Shown: positions 7,107-15,745, counted from the stretch's first letter. The stretch is 32,000 nucleotides of DNA from Xanthomonas campestris pv. campestris str. ATCC 33913 (GCF_000007145.1 NC_003902.1:4701425-4733424), one strand, 5' to 3'. Numbers and translations are program-made. The notes: generated by a model from the sequence alone, not told the origin.

Positions 7107-8102
7107 ATGTCGAACACCCCGCCCCTTCCTCACTGCGCGCAACCGCAGGCCTTTGGCTGTGGCAACCCGCTTGTCGAGCGCAGCACCCGCAAGGCGGTCG
7201 TGCTGACCGCGCTGATGATGGTGGTGGAGATCGTGGGCGGCTGGGTGCTCAACTCCATGGCCCTGCTTGCCGACGGCTGGCATATGAGTTCGCACGCGCT
7301 GGCACTGGGCTTGGCGTTGTTCGCCTACGCGTTCGCGCGCCGCCACGCCCGCGACGGGCGCTTCGCGTTCGGTACCTGGAAAGTCGAAGTGCTGGGCGGC
7401 TACACCAGCGCAATCCTGCTGTTGGGTGTGGCCGGGTTGATGGCGTTCCAGTCGGTGGAGCGGCTGGTCTCGCCCAAGCCGGTGCATTACCCGGAAGCCA
7501 CCGCGATCGCGGTCGTCGGCCTGCTGGTCAATCTGATCTGTGCATGGTGGCTGCGCGATTCGCATGGCCATGCGCATCACCACGATCACGCGCATGGGCA
7601 TGGGCATGGACATACGCACGGACATGGATCACATGGCCACGCGCACACGCACGGCCACGGCGATCTGAACCTGCGCGCAGCGTATCTGCACGTGGTGGCG
7701 GATGCGGCCACCTCGGTGCTGGCGATCGTGGCGCTGGTGGTCGGCATGCGCTGGGGCGTGACCTGGATGGATCCGCTCATGGGCATCGTCGGTGCGGTGC
7801 TGGTGACCGTATGGGCCTGGGGGCTGTTGCGCAGCACCGGCCGGGTGTTGCTGGATGCGGAGATGGATGCGCCGGTGGTGGAGGAAATCCGCGAGGTGAT
7901 CGCTGCACTGCCCTACGCCGCACGCATTGCCGACCTGCATGTGTGGCGCATCGGCACAGACCGCCACGCCTGTCTGATCAGCCTCGTCACCGAAGCCACC
8001 GTCGCCGCAGAGGCCATCCGCGCCGCGCTACAGATCCACGAAGAACTGGTGCACATCACGGTGGAAGTGCAGCGCCCCGAGGGCGCTTCTGCAGCGGTGT
8101 AA
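7107..8102 (+). CDS. dmeF: Cation diffusion facilitator (CDF) divalent-metal efflux protein with a His-rich cytoplasmic loop (DmeF/CzcD-like)
   Basis: 331 aa. It has CDF TM motifs (LLADGWHMSSHALAL; LHVVADAATSVLAI), the loop HGHAHHHDHAHGHGHGHTHGHGSHGHAHTHGHG and a C-terminal cytoplasmic domain. I trimmed the ORF from 6840 to ATG 7107 (MSNTPPLPH), because the upstream part overlaps dmeR. Confidence 0.85.
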   Translation: MSNTPPLPHCAQPQAFGCGNPLVERSTRKAVVLTALMMVVEIVGGWVLNSMALLADGWHMSSHALALGLALFAYAFARRHARDGRFAFGTWKVEVLGGYTSAILLLGVAGLMAFQSVERLVSPKPVHYPEATAIAVVGLLVNLICAWWLRDSHGHAHHHDHAHGHGHGHTHGHGSHGHAHTHGHGDLNLRAAYLHVVADAATSVLAIVALVVGMRWGVTWMDPLMGIVGAVLVTVWAWGLLRSTGRVLLDAEMDAPVVEEIREVIAALPYAARIADLHVWRIGTDRHACLISLVTEATVAAEAIRAALQIHEELVHITVEVQRPEGASAAV

Positions 8103-8265
8103 GACGCGTAATGCGCCGTGCGATCGCGCATGGCAGCAGTGCATCGCCCATCGCCGTACAACGTGCGCTTGAGCGCGCTTTTCAGTGGGCGCAGCAGTAC
8201 GCACGCATCGGTCACACGTGCACGAGTGCGCTACGCTTGCGCATCACTCATGCTCGGGAGCCGCG

Positions 8266-9831
8266 ATGCGCTTGACCCTGTTACTGGCCACCACGCTGGC
8301 ATGTTGCACGGCAACCGCGGCCTCGGCGCAACCTGCCGCGCAACGCGAGATCCAGTTGGACATCGCCAGCGCCGGCGCATCGGTGGATCGGTTCTATGCG
8401 CTGTCGGTCGGCTCGGATTTTCCAGGCACCTTGATCCGCGACGACACCCAGGCGCATCTGCTGCCCGCCGTGCAGGAACTGGGCTTTCGCTATATCCGCT
8501 TCCACGACGTGTTCCATGACGTGCTCGGCACGGTCAAGGAGGTCGACGGCACGCTCGTGTACGACTGGACGCAGCTGGACAAACTCTACGACGCACTGCT
8601 GGCCAAGAAGATCCGCCCATTCGTCGAATTGGGTTTCACCCCGACCGCGATGAAGACCTCCGAGCAGACCCTGTTCTACTGGAAGGGCAACACCTCGCAT
8701 CCGGACCCGGCCAAGTGGACGCAGCTGATCGATGCATACGTGCGCCACATTCGCGCACGTTACGGCGCGGATGAAGTACGCCAGTGGTATTTCGAAGTAT
8801 GGAACGTGCCCAATCTCAAGGACTTCTGGGAGAACGCCGACCAGCAGGCCTACTTCGATCTGTATGCCAACACCGCGCGCACCATCAAGGCCATCGACCC
8901 GCAGCTGCGCGTGGGCGGCCCTTCCACCGCCGGCGCGGCATGGGTGCCGGAGCTGCTTGCTTTCGTGCAGAAAAACAAGCTACCCATCGACTTCGTCACC
9001 ACCCACACCTATGGCGTAGATGGCGGGTTTCTTGATGAAGACGGCAAGCAGGACACCAAGCTCTCCGCCTCGCCCGAGGCCATCGTGGGCGATGTGCGGC
9101 GCGTGCGCGCGCAGATCCAGGCCTCGCCATACCCGGATCTGCCGCTGTTTTTCACCGAGTGGAGCAGCAGCTACACGCCGCGCGATTTCGTCCACGACAG
9201 CTACATCAGCGCGCCGTACATCCTGACCAAACTCAAGCAGGTGCAGGGCGTGGTGCAGGGCATGAGCTACTGGACCTATACCGACCTGTTCGAAGAGCCC
9301 GGCCCGCCGCCGACGCCCTTCCACGGCGGCTTCGGGCTGATGAACCGCGAAGGCATCCGCAAGCCGGCCTGGTTCGCCTACAAGTATTTGAATGCCCTGC
9401 AGGGGCGCAGCCTTGCGGTGGACGATGCGCACACGCTCGCCGCGGTGGACGGCAAGCGCATTGCCGCAGTGGCCTGGGATTGGCAGCAGCCGGTGCAGGC
9501 GGTGAGCAATACGCCGTTTTATACCCGCCAGGTGCCGGCGAGCGACAGCAAGGCAATCGTGTTCCGGTTGGCGCATGTGCCGGCGGGCACCTATCGGCTG
9601 CAGGTGCGCAAGACCGGCTACCGCCGCAATGACCCGCTGTCGCTCTACATCGACATGGGCATGCCCAAGCAACTTGCTGCAGACCAGCTGATCCAACTGC
9701 AGCAGGCCACGCGCGATGCGCCCGAGCAGGACCGCCGCGTGCGCGTGGGCGCCGACGGTGCGGTTGCGGTTACGGTGCCGATGCGCAGCAACGATGTGGT
9801 GCTGCTGACGCTGGAACCGGCAACGCGCTGA
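8266..9831 (+). CDS. xynB: Secreted glycoside hydrolase family 39 protein (beta-xylosidase-like) with Val at the acid/base position
   Basis: 521 aa. The signal peptide is MRLTLLLATTLACCTATAASA-QP, and GGGAG lies upstream of ATG 8266. Similarity to GH39 XynB runs throughout (IRPFVELGFTP, TLFYWKGN, WYFEVWN-V-PNL, LRVGGPS, PLFFTEWSSSYTP). The nucleophile Glu is retained (TEW, codon 9157-9159). The NEP Glu is replaced by Val (gtg, 8806-8808). Confidence 0.85.
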   Translation: MRLTLLLATTLACCTATAASAQPAAQREIQLDIASAGASVDRFYALSVGSDFPGTLIRDDTQAHLLPAVQELGFRYIRFHDVFHDVLGTVKEVDGTLVYDWTQLDKLYDALLAKKIRPFVELGFTPTAMKTSEQTLFYWKGNTSHPDPAKWTQLIDAYVRHIRARYGADEVRQWYFEVWNVPNLKDFWENADQQAYFDLYANTARTIKAIDPQLRVGGPSTAGAAWVPELLAFVQKNKLPIDFVTTHTYGVDGGFLDEDGKQDTKLSASPEAIVGDVRRVRAQIQASPYPDLPLFFTEWSSSYTPRDFVHDSYISAPYILTKLKQVQGVVQGMSYWTYTDLFEEPGPPPTPFHGGFGLMNREGIRKPAWFAYKYLNALQGRSLAVDDAHTLAAVDGKRIAAVAWDWQQPVQAVSNTPFYTRQVPASDSKAIVFRLAHVPAGTYRLQVRKTGYRRNDPLSLYIDMGMPKQLAADQLIQLQQATRDAPEQDRRVRVGADGAVAVTVPMRSNDVVLLTLEPATR

Positions 9832-9902
9832 GCGTTGCCGCCTTCCTGCCCTGGCGCTGCGCGCGCACACACGTTGCAGGCGGCCGCCTCAACGCACCGC
9901 GC

Positions 9903-10670
9903 TCAAGCCGCAGGCTTGGGCGGTGATGAGCTCACGTATTTCTCGCGGCGGATCTGTGCATTCGGCAGGCCGGCCTCGCGCAGCGCCACCGCGCAGGTGT
10001 CCACCATGTCCGGGTTGCCGCACAGGTAGGCGATGTCGCCATCGGCCGCCGGCGCGAACTCGGCCAGATGTTGCTGCACGTAGCCATGCCGTACGTCGGC
10101 ATGCGGCTGTTCGGGCAGAGCGCGTGAGAAGCACGGCACGTAGCGGAACTGCGGATGCGCATCGGCAAATGCGCGGAAGTCATCGCCGTACAGCAGCTCG
10201 GCGGGCGTGCGTGCGCCTTGCAGCAGCACCACCTCCAGCCCCCGGCTGGCGATTGCCTCGGCCAGCAGCGGCAGCATCGAGCGATACGGCGTCACCCCGG
10301 TGCCGGTGGCGATCAGCAGGTAGCGCCGGTTGTGGTCGCCCGGCAGCAGGCAGAACTTGCCGTAGGGGCCGCTGGCCTGCAGCTGGTCGCCAATCTCCAG
10401 GCCTTCGAACAGCGCGGTGGCCGAGCCGCCGGGCACGAAACTCACCGCGATCTCCACCGCCTCGCCCGGTCCCAGCGCGTGGTCGTGGATGGTCGCCAGC
10501 GAATAGCTGCGCTTGGCATCGGTGCCATCGGCGTACTGGAAATGGATCTGAATGAACTGCCCGGGCTGGAAATCCAGCGGCTGCCCGTCATCACGCAGGA
10601 ACTGGCAGTGGGCCACGGTGGGCGCGAGCATGCGCCTGTCGACAAGCTTGAGGGGGAATTGAACGGGCAC
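9903..10670 (-). CDS. Ferredoxin-NADP(+) reductase-type FAD/NAD(P)-binding oxidoreductase
   Basis: The FAD-binding motif RSYSLAT and the NAD(P)-binding motif LLIATGTGVTPYRSML are present, with CGNPDMV near the C-terminus. The start is uncertain. GTG 10670 (MPVQFPLKLVD...) preserves the first beta-strand, ATG 10631 would truncate it, and the ORF is open to 10826. Confidence 0.7.
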   Translation of the reverse strand: MPVQFPLKLVDRRMLAPTVAHCQFLRDDGQPLDFQPGQFIQIHFQYADGTDAKRSYSLATIHDHALGPGEAVEIAVSFVPGGSATALFEGLEIGDQLQASGPYGKFCLLPGDHNRRYLLIATGTGVTPYRSMLPLLAEAIASRGLEVVLLQGARTPAELLYGDDFRAFADAHPQFRYVPCFSRALPEQPHADVRHGYVQQHLAEFAPAADGDIAYLCGNPDMVDTCAVALREAGLPNAQIRREKYVSSSPPKPAA

Positions 10671-10770
10671 GAACGGATTTAGGACAGTCTGTGATCGGGG
10701 CGAACCCCCACGGGCTTCTATAATAGCGGCTGCAACTCGCTGCGCCGTCACGCTGACGCGAAGGACCATC

Positions 10771-11769
10771 TTGAATTCCCCATCTCCGACCGCGGCACCC
10801 GCCCTGCGCGTGTGCGACCTGCGCAAGACCTACGACAACGGCACCGAGGCGCTCAAGGGCGTGTCGCTGGACGTGGCGCCTGGCGACTTTTTCGCCCTGC
10901 TCGGCCCCAACGGGGCGGGCAAGTCCACCCTGATCGGCATCATCAGCTCGCTGGTGAACCTCTCGCAGGGCCAGGTCGAGGTCTTCGGCACCGATCTGGT
11001 CCGCCACCGCAGCGATGCGATGCGGCTGATCGGCCTGGTCCCGCAGGAAGTGAACTTCAACCTGTTCGAAAAGCCCTTCGACATCCTGGTCAACTACGCC
11101 GGTTTCTACGGCATGCCGCGCGAGCAGGCTGCCGCCCTGGCGGAGGCCGAGCTGCGCCGCGCGCATCTGTGGGAAAAGGCGCAGGTGATGAGCCGCACGC
11201 TCTCCGGCGGCATGAAGCGCCGCCTGATGATCGCTCGCGCCATGATGACCCAGCCGCGGCTGCTGATCCTGGACGAGCCCACCGCCGGTGTGGACATCGA
11301 GATCCGCCGCGACATGTGGCGCGTGCTCAAGGAGATCAATGCCGCCGGCACCACGATCATCCTGACCACCCACTACCTGGAAGAGGCCGAGCACCTGTGC
11401 CGCAACCTGGCCATCATCAACCACGGCCAGATCGTCACCCAGGGCCCGATGCGCGAGCTGCTGGCCAAGCTCGACGTGGAAGGCTTCCTGTTCGATATCG
11501 ATGGTGAGTTGCCGGCGCAGCTTCCGGTGATCGAAGGCACCACGCTCACCGCAATCGACGGCCATACGCTGGATCTGGACATGCCGCGCGCGATGGACCT
11601 CAACCGCGTGTTCGCTACCCTGGGCGATGCCGGCATCCGGGTGCGCTCGATGCGCACCAAGAGCAACCGGCTGGAAGAATTGTTCGTCCGTCTGACCGGG
11701 CCTGGCGACACCACCGTTGCCACGCCCCCTGCTGCAGCGGCGCCCGTGCGCCCGGCAGGTCACCCATGA
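10771..11769 (+). CDS. yadG: ABC transporter ATP-binding protein (YadG-like)
   Basis: Walker A GPNGAGKST, signature LSGGMKRRL and Walker B LLILDEPTAGVD are present. The start is TTG 10771, with GAAGGA 5 nt upstream and a perfect TATAAT hexamer at 10719-10724. The C-terminus has a Pro/Ala-rich tail. The stop overlaps the yadH start (ATGA). Confidence 0.85.
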   Translation: MNSPSPTAAPALRVCDLRKTYDNGTEALKGVSLDVAPGDFFALLGPNGAGKSTLIGIISSLVNLSQGQVEVFGTDLVRHRSDAMRLIGLVPQEVNFNLFEKPFDILVNYAGFYGMPREQAAALAEAELRRAHLWEKAQVMSRTLSGGMKRRLMIARAMMTQPRLLILDEPTAGVDIEIRRDMWRVLKEINAAGTTIILTTHYLEEAEHLCRNLAIINHGQIVTQGPMRELLAKLDVEGFLFDIDGELPAQLPVIEGTTLTAIDGHTLDLDMPRAMDLNRVFATLGDAGIRVRSMRTKSNRLEELFVRLTGPGDTTVATPPAAAAPVRPAGHP

Positions 11770-12578
11770 GTTCCCCGGAGCCTTCGATGTCTGCTGTCCC
11801 CGCTACCTCCCGCCAGCGCAACTGGGTTGCACTGGGCACCATCGTGCGCCGCGAAGTGCAGCGCATCCTGCGCATCTGGGGCCAGACCCTGGTGCCGCCG
11901 GCTATCACCATGACGCTGTACTTTTTGATCTTCGGCGGGCTGATCGGCTCGCGCGTGGGCGACATGGGCGGCTACACGTACATGCAGTTCATCGTGCCGG
12001 GCCTGGTGATGATGAGCGTGATCCAAAACAGCTACGGCAACATTTCCTCGAGCTTCTTCGGCGCCAAGTTCGGCCGCCACGTGGAAGAACTGCTGGTCAG
12101 CCCGATGCCCAACTGGGTGATCCTGTGGGGCTACGTGGCCGGCGCGGTGCTGCGCGGGGTGATGGTGGGCGCGCTGGTGCTGATCATCGCCATGTTCTTC
12201 ACCCCGGTGCGCATCCCGCACCCGCTGGTGACGCTGACCACAGTGCTGCTGGGCGCGACGATCTTCTCGCTGGCCGGCTTCGTCAACGCGGTGTACGCCA
12301 AGAAGTTCGACGACGTGGCCATCGTGCCGACCTTCATCCTGACCCCGCTGACCTACCTGGGCGGCGTGTTCTATTCGGTGAAGCTGCTGCCCGGCTGGGC
12401 CGAAGCCGCCACCCACGCCAACCCGATCTTCTACATGGTCAACGCGTTCCGCTACGGCCTGCTCGGCAGCTCCGACGTGCCGATCTGGGTGGCCTACGCG
12501 CTGATGCTCGGCTTTGTCGCAGTGCTGAGCGCGTTGGCGCTATGGCTGCTACGCCGTGGCGTTGGACTACGGAGCTGA
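11766..12578 (+). CDS. yadH: ABC-2 type transporter permease (YadH-like)
   Basis: 270 aa and six predicted TM segments. RREVQRILRIWGQTLVPPAITMTLYFLIFG...ANPIFYMVNAFRYGLLG is typical of the YadH/ABC-2 inner-membrane component. Confidence 0.85.
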   Translation: MSSPEPSMSAVPATSRQRNWVALGTIVRREVQRILRIWGQTLVPPAITMTLYFLIFGGLIGSRVGDMGGYTYMQFIVPGLVMMSVIQNSYGNISSSFFGAKFGRHVEELLVSPMPNWVILWGYVAGAVLRGVMVGALVLIIAMFFTPVRIPHPLVTLTTVLLGATIFSLAGFVNAVYAKKFDDVAIVPTFILTPLTYLGGVFYSVKLLPGWAEAATHANPIFYMVNAFRYGLLGSSDVPIWVAYALMLGFVAVLSALALWLLRRGVGLRS

Positions 12579-13330
12579 TGGCGCAATTCAGCGACTACAT
12601 CGTCTTTGTCGATGAGAGTGGCGATCACGGGATGGCGAGTATTGATCCTGCCTTCCCATTGTTTGTGCTGTCGTGCTGCCTGATCAGCAAGCGCGATTAC
12701 ATGGCAACCGTTGTGCCTGCGATCCAGCGGATCAAGTTCGCGACGTTTGGCCATGACGCCGTCGTGCTGCATGAGCGCGAGATCCGCAGGGATATCGGGC
12801 CGTTCGCCGTGTTGCGTGATCGCGACAAGAAACAGGCATTTCTCGATGCGCTGACAGATGCATTGGCGTTGGCGCCGATGACGATCTTTGCCGCTGTGAT
12901 CGACAAGCGCCGCCTTCAGGATCGCCAGCGCGGTGAAAACCCGTATGAAATCTCGATGCGCTTCTGCCTTGAGCGGATGTATTACAAACTCAGCAAGCAG
13001 GGACAGGTGGCGCAAGCGGGAGAGCCGTTGACCACGCACGTGCTGTGCGAGGCGCGTGGGCGCAGCGAAGACCAGGATCTGGAATTGGCGTTTCGCCGGA
13101 TCTGTGGGGGAGACAATTTCTCTGGCATAGAGCTGCCATTCGATCCGGTGATCTGCGACAAGAAGAGCAATGCGATCGGGCTACAACTTGCGGATCTGAT
13201 CGCTCGCCCCATTGGCGTGCGGCAGCTGCGACCGGAGCAGCCAAATCGCGCCTGGCAGGTGATTGAGCAGAAACTCGACAAGAATCCGGCAGGTCGTTAC
13301 CTGGGCTATGGCCTGAAGTGTTTCCCATAA
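12578..13330 (+). CDS. DUF3800-family protein (function unknown), compositionally atypical
   Basis: 250 aa. The N-terminus has YIVFVDESGDHG and the C-terminal region has IGLQLADLIARPIG, which I recognise as hallmarks of DUF3800 (PF12686). The ATG overlaps the yadH stop (TGATG, 12576-12580). Codons are visibly richer in A/T at third positions than in the flanking genes. Confidence 0.75.
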   Translation: MAQFSDYIVFVDESGDHGMASIDPAFPLFVLSCCLISKRDYMATVVPAIQRIKFATFGHDAVVLHEREIRRDIGPFAVLRDRDKKQAFLDALTDALALAPMTIFAAVIDKRRLQDRQRGENPYEISMRFCLERMYYKLSKQGQVAQAGEPLTTHVLCEARGRSEDQDLELAFRRICGGDNFSGIELPFDPVICDKKSNAIGLQLADLIARPIGVRQLRPEQPNRAWQVIEQKLDKNPAGRYLGYGLKCFP

Positions 13331-13445
13331 ACAAAAGGCCCCAGCGAGTCCGCCAGAGCCTGATGCCGACCGAGAATCCCCGATCCGGCTGAAAGCTTAG
13401 CACCGTGTCCGGCATGTACCAAACATCACACTGAACGGAGATCCT

Positions 13446-14384
13446 ATGCGCATTCTGATCCTCGGTGCCGGCGGCACTGGCGGCTACTTTGGCGGGCGGC
13501 TGGCGCAGGCTGGCGTGGATGTCACCTTCCTGGTGCGTGACGCCCGTGCGGCGCAGCTGCAGGCGCAGGGCTTGCGCATTCGCAGCCCCCTCGGCGATGC
13601 CGATCTGCCGGTGGCAACCGTCACCGCGCAGGATCTGCAGGCGCTGGTGGCGCAGCGGCCATTCGATCTGGTGATTCTCAGCTGCAAGGCCTACGACCTG
13701 GACAGCGCGATCGAGGCGATTGCACCGGCGGTCGGCGAGCACACCACGGTGCTGCCTATCCTCAACGGCCTGCGCCATTACGCGGCGCTGGACGAACGCT
13801 TCGGTGCGGCACGGGTGTTGGGCGGGCTGTGCTTCATCAGCGCCGCCAAGGGCGAGCACGGCGAGATCCTGCATCTGGGCAAGCCGGCAGCGATGACCTT
13901 CGGCGAGCGCGATGGCAATGCCGCATCGGCGCGGGTGCAGGCGTTTGCCGCGGCCTGCGCGCAGGCCGGCATCGACCATGTGGCCAGCACCCAGATCGCG
14001 CAGGAGCAGTGGATCAAGTACAGCTTCCTCACTGCGTTGGCGGCGGCGACCTGCCTGATGCGTGCGCCGGTGGGCGCGATTGTGGCCACCGACGACGGCC
14101 GCGCCTTGATCAACGGCCTGTACAACGAATGCCTGTGGGCCGCCGATGCCGCCGGCCAGCCGATTCCCGAACCCGCACGCGCCAAGGCGCTGCAGACGCT
14201 GCTGCAGGTGGACTCGCCGCTGAAGGCCTCGATGCTGCGCGACCTGGAGGCCGGGCAGGATGTGGAAGCGGCGCAGATCGTCGGCGACATGCTCAAGCGC
14301 GTGCGCGAGACCGGGCGCAACGCGCCGCTGCTGATGGCGGCGAATGTGCATCTGCAGGCGTATCAGGTGTTGCGGCATAGCTGA
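13446..14384 (+). CDS. panE: 2-dehydropantoate 2-reductase (ketopantoate reductase, ApbA/PanE family)
   Basis: The N-terminal Rossmann motif MRILILGAGGTGGYFGGRLAQAG is followed by LSCKAYDL and LPILNG motifs. GGAGA lies 5 nt upstream of the ATG. Confidence 0.85.
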   Translation: MRILILGAGGTGGYFGGRLAQAGVDVTFLVRDARAAQLQAQGLRIRSPLGDADLPVATVTAQDLQALVAQRPFDLVILSCKAYDLDSAIEAIAPAVGEHTTVLPILNGLRHYAALDERFGAARVLGGLCFISAAKGEHGEILHLGKPAAMTFGERDGNAASARVQAFAAACAQAGIDHVASTQIAQEQWIKYSFLTALAAATCLMRAPVGAIVATDDGRALINGLYNECLWAADAAGQPIPEPARAKALQTLLQVDSPLKASMLRDLEAGQDVEAAQIVGDMLKRVRETGRNAPLLMAANVHLQAYQVLRHS

Positions 14385-14428
14385 GGTTGTTGGGGTGTGC
14401 GGGGCGGTTGTTGGGCTGCGTGTAAACC

Positions 14429-14475
14429 GTACCCCCATCCGCCCTGCGGGCACCTTCCCCCGATGGGGGAAGGGT
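14429..14475. repeat. REP-like family 1 copy
   Basis: gtacccccatccgccctgcgggcaccttcccccgatgggggaagggt contains the hairpin ccttccccc-gat-gggggaagg and matches the units at 1675 and 1858. Confidence 0.5.
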
Positions 14476-14642
14476 TGTAGCGCTCTGGGTCGATGTCGAT
14501 ACGTCGAGGTGGCGTTGCGCATCACTGCACGTGAAGCGCTGCCATGCGCAGCGCGCGCTCAAGATCGGCATTGCCATTGCCTTCGCGCCGCCGCGACGCG
14601 GTGCACACGATGCTCTGCGTCCCATCACCCGTCGTGCCCGCC

Positions 14643-15158
14643 ATGAAGCTGCTCAGCCACCTGTTCCGTGCCGGTCACTTCGTGATCCTGGCGTTCTTCG
14701 TGCTGTGCGCCTGCGGGCTGGTGGGCATGGCCGCGCTGGAGCTGTGGCATGGCTTCACCCCGGGCGGCGACATGGTGGTCCGCGACCGCTTCAACGTGGT
14801 GCTGGAAGCCATCGGCCTGCTCACGGTTGCGCTGGTGACGCTGGAACTGGGCCAGACCATCTTCGAAGAAGAGATCCTGCGCGACGTCAAAGTGAGCGGC
14901 CCCACGCGCGTACGCCGTTACTTGTCGCGCTTCTTCGTGGTGATCGTGATCGCGCTGGCCATCGAAACGCTGGTGTCGATCTTCGAGCTGATGCACGACG
15001 ACCCGGCCAAGTTGCCGTATGCCGCATCGGTGGGCTTCTGTGCCGGGCTGCTGCTGATTGCCTGGGGCGTGTTCGTCAAACTCAATCGCAGCGCCGAAGA
15101 GCTGGAGCCCGAAGCGATGGCCGAAACCAAGCGCGAAGACAACGAAGTGCAGGAGTAA
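14643..15158 (+). CDS. Small integral membrane protein of unknown function with an acidic C-terminal tail
   Basis: 171 aa from ATG 14643 (MKLLSHLFRAGHFVILAFFVLCACGLVGMAAL...), with about four hydrophobic helices and G/C-rich third positions. The Shine-Dalgarno is weak. An alternative ATG lies at 14610, and the ORF is open from 14544. Confidence 0.6.
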   Translation: MKLLSHLFRAGHFVILAFFVLCACGLVGMAALELWHGFTPGGDMVVRDRFNVVLEAIGLLTVALVTLELGQTIFEEEILRDVKVSGPTRVRRYLSRFFVVIVIALAIETLVSIFELMHDDPAKLPYAASVGFCAGLLLIAWGVFVKLNRSAEELEPEAMAETKREDNEVQE

Positions 15159-15302
15159 GCACGGCGATTACCGCGACTATGCATTCGCCAGATCGGCACG
15201 GCTGTTAGGCGTCTAGACCGGCCGCGGGTCGGTGCGGTGCTTGCCGGCGTTCCAGGCATGGTGGCGGTGTGCATCACTCGATATCCTTGTGGAGACACTG
15301 CA

Positions 15303-15334
15303 GCGCGCCGTTGGCTGCATCGCCAACGGCGCGT
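15303..15334. terminator. GC-rich hairpin between convergent genes (putative bidirectional terminator)
   Basis: gcgcgccgttggc-tgcatc-gccaacggcgcgt forms a 12-13 bp stem. It lies between the stop of the membrane-protein gene (15158, +) and the stop of the thioesterase gene (15344, -). There is no clear U-tract. Confidence 0.45.
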
Positions 15335-15343
15335 GGTTCGACG

Positions 15344-15745
15344 CTAGGCTGCCGGCAGCGCCGGCACCGAGGTCGGCTTGCCATCGTCGCCGAGCGCGAT
15401 CATCACGAAGTGGCCGCGGGTGCACAGTTCGCGTGCCCCGCTGAGCAGATCTTCGGCGATCAACTCCACTTCCACCTTGATCGAACTGCGCCCCACCGAG
15501 ACCACGCGCGCGATGGTCTCCACCATCTGCCCCTGGCGGATCGGCAACTTGAAATCGACCTGGTCCGAGCGCGCGGTCACCACGGTGCGACGCGCATAGC
15601 GCGAGGCGGCCAGGAACGCGGCCTTGTCCATCCACGCCAACGCCTGGCCACCGAACAGCGTGCCCATGTGGTTGGTGTGGTTGGGGAACACGATCTCGGC
15701 CATGCGCGCTTCGATCGGTGGAGGGGTCTGCGGGCTATCGGACAT
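15344..15745 (-). CDS. Acyl-CoA thioesterase, hotdog fold (YciA-like)
   Basis: 133 aa from ATG 15745. AEIVFPNHTNHMGTLFGGQALAWMDKAAFLAASRYARRTVVTARSDQVDFKLPIRQGQMVE matches the YciA/4HBT pattern. The longer ORF to 16012 adds non-homologous sequence. Confidence 0.8.
   Translation of the reverse strand: MSDSPQTPPPIEARMAEIVFPNHTNHMGTLFGGQALAWMDKAAFLAASRYARRTVVTARSDQVDFKLPIRQGQMVETIARVVSVGRSSIKVEVELIAEDLLSGARELCTRGHFVMIALGDDGKPTSVPALPAA

Noticed and set aside
11717-12577. Long N-terminal extension of the ORF containing the DUF3800 gene (listed as 11717-13330, 537 aa)
   Set aside because: The upstream 287 codons run out of frame across yadH and translate to Arg/Pro/Gly-rich sequence. Family similarity and the composition shift both begin at ATG 12578.
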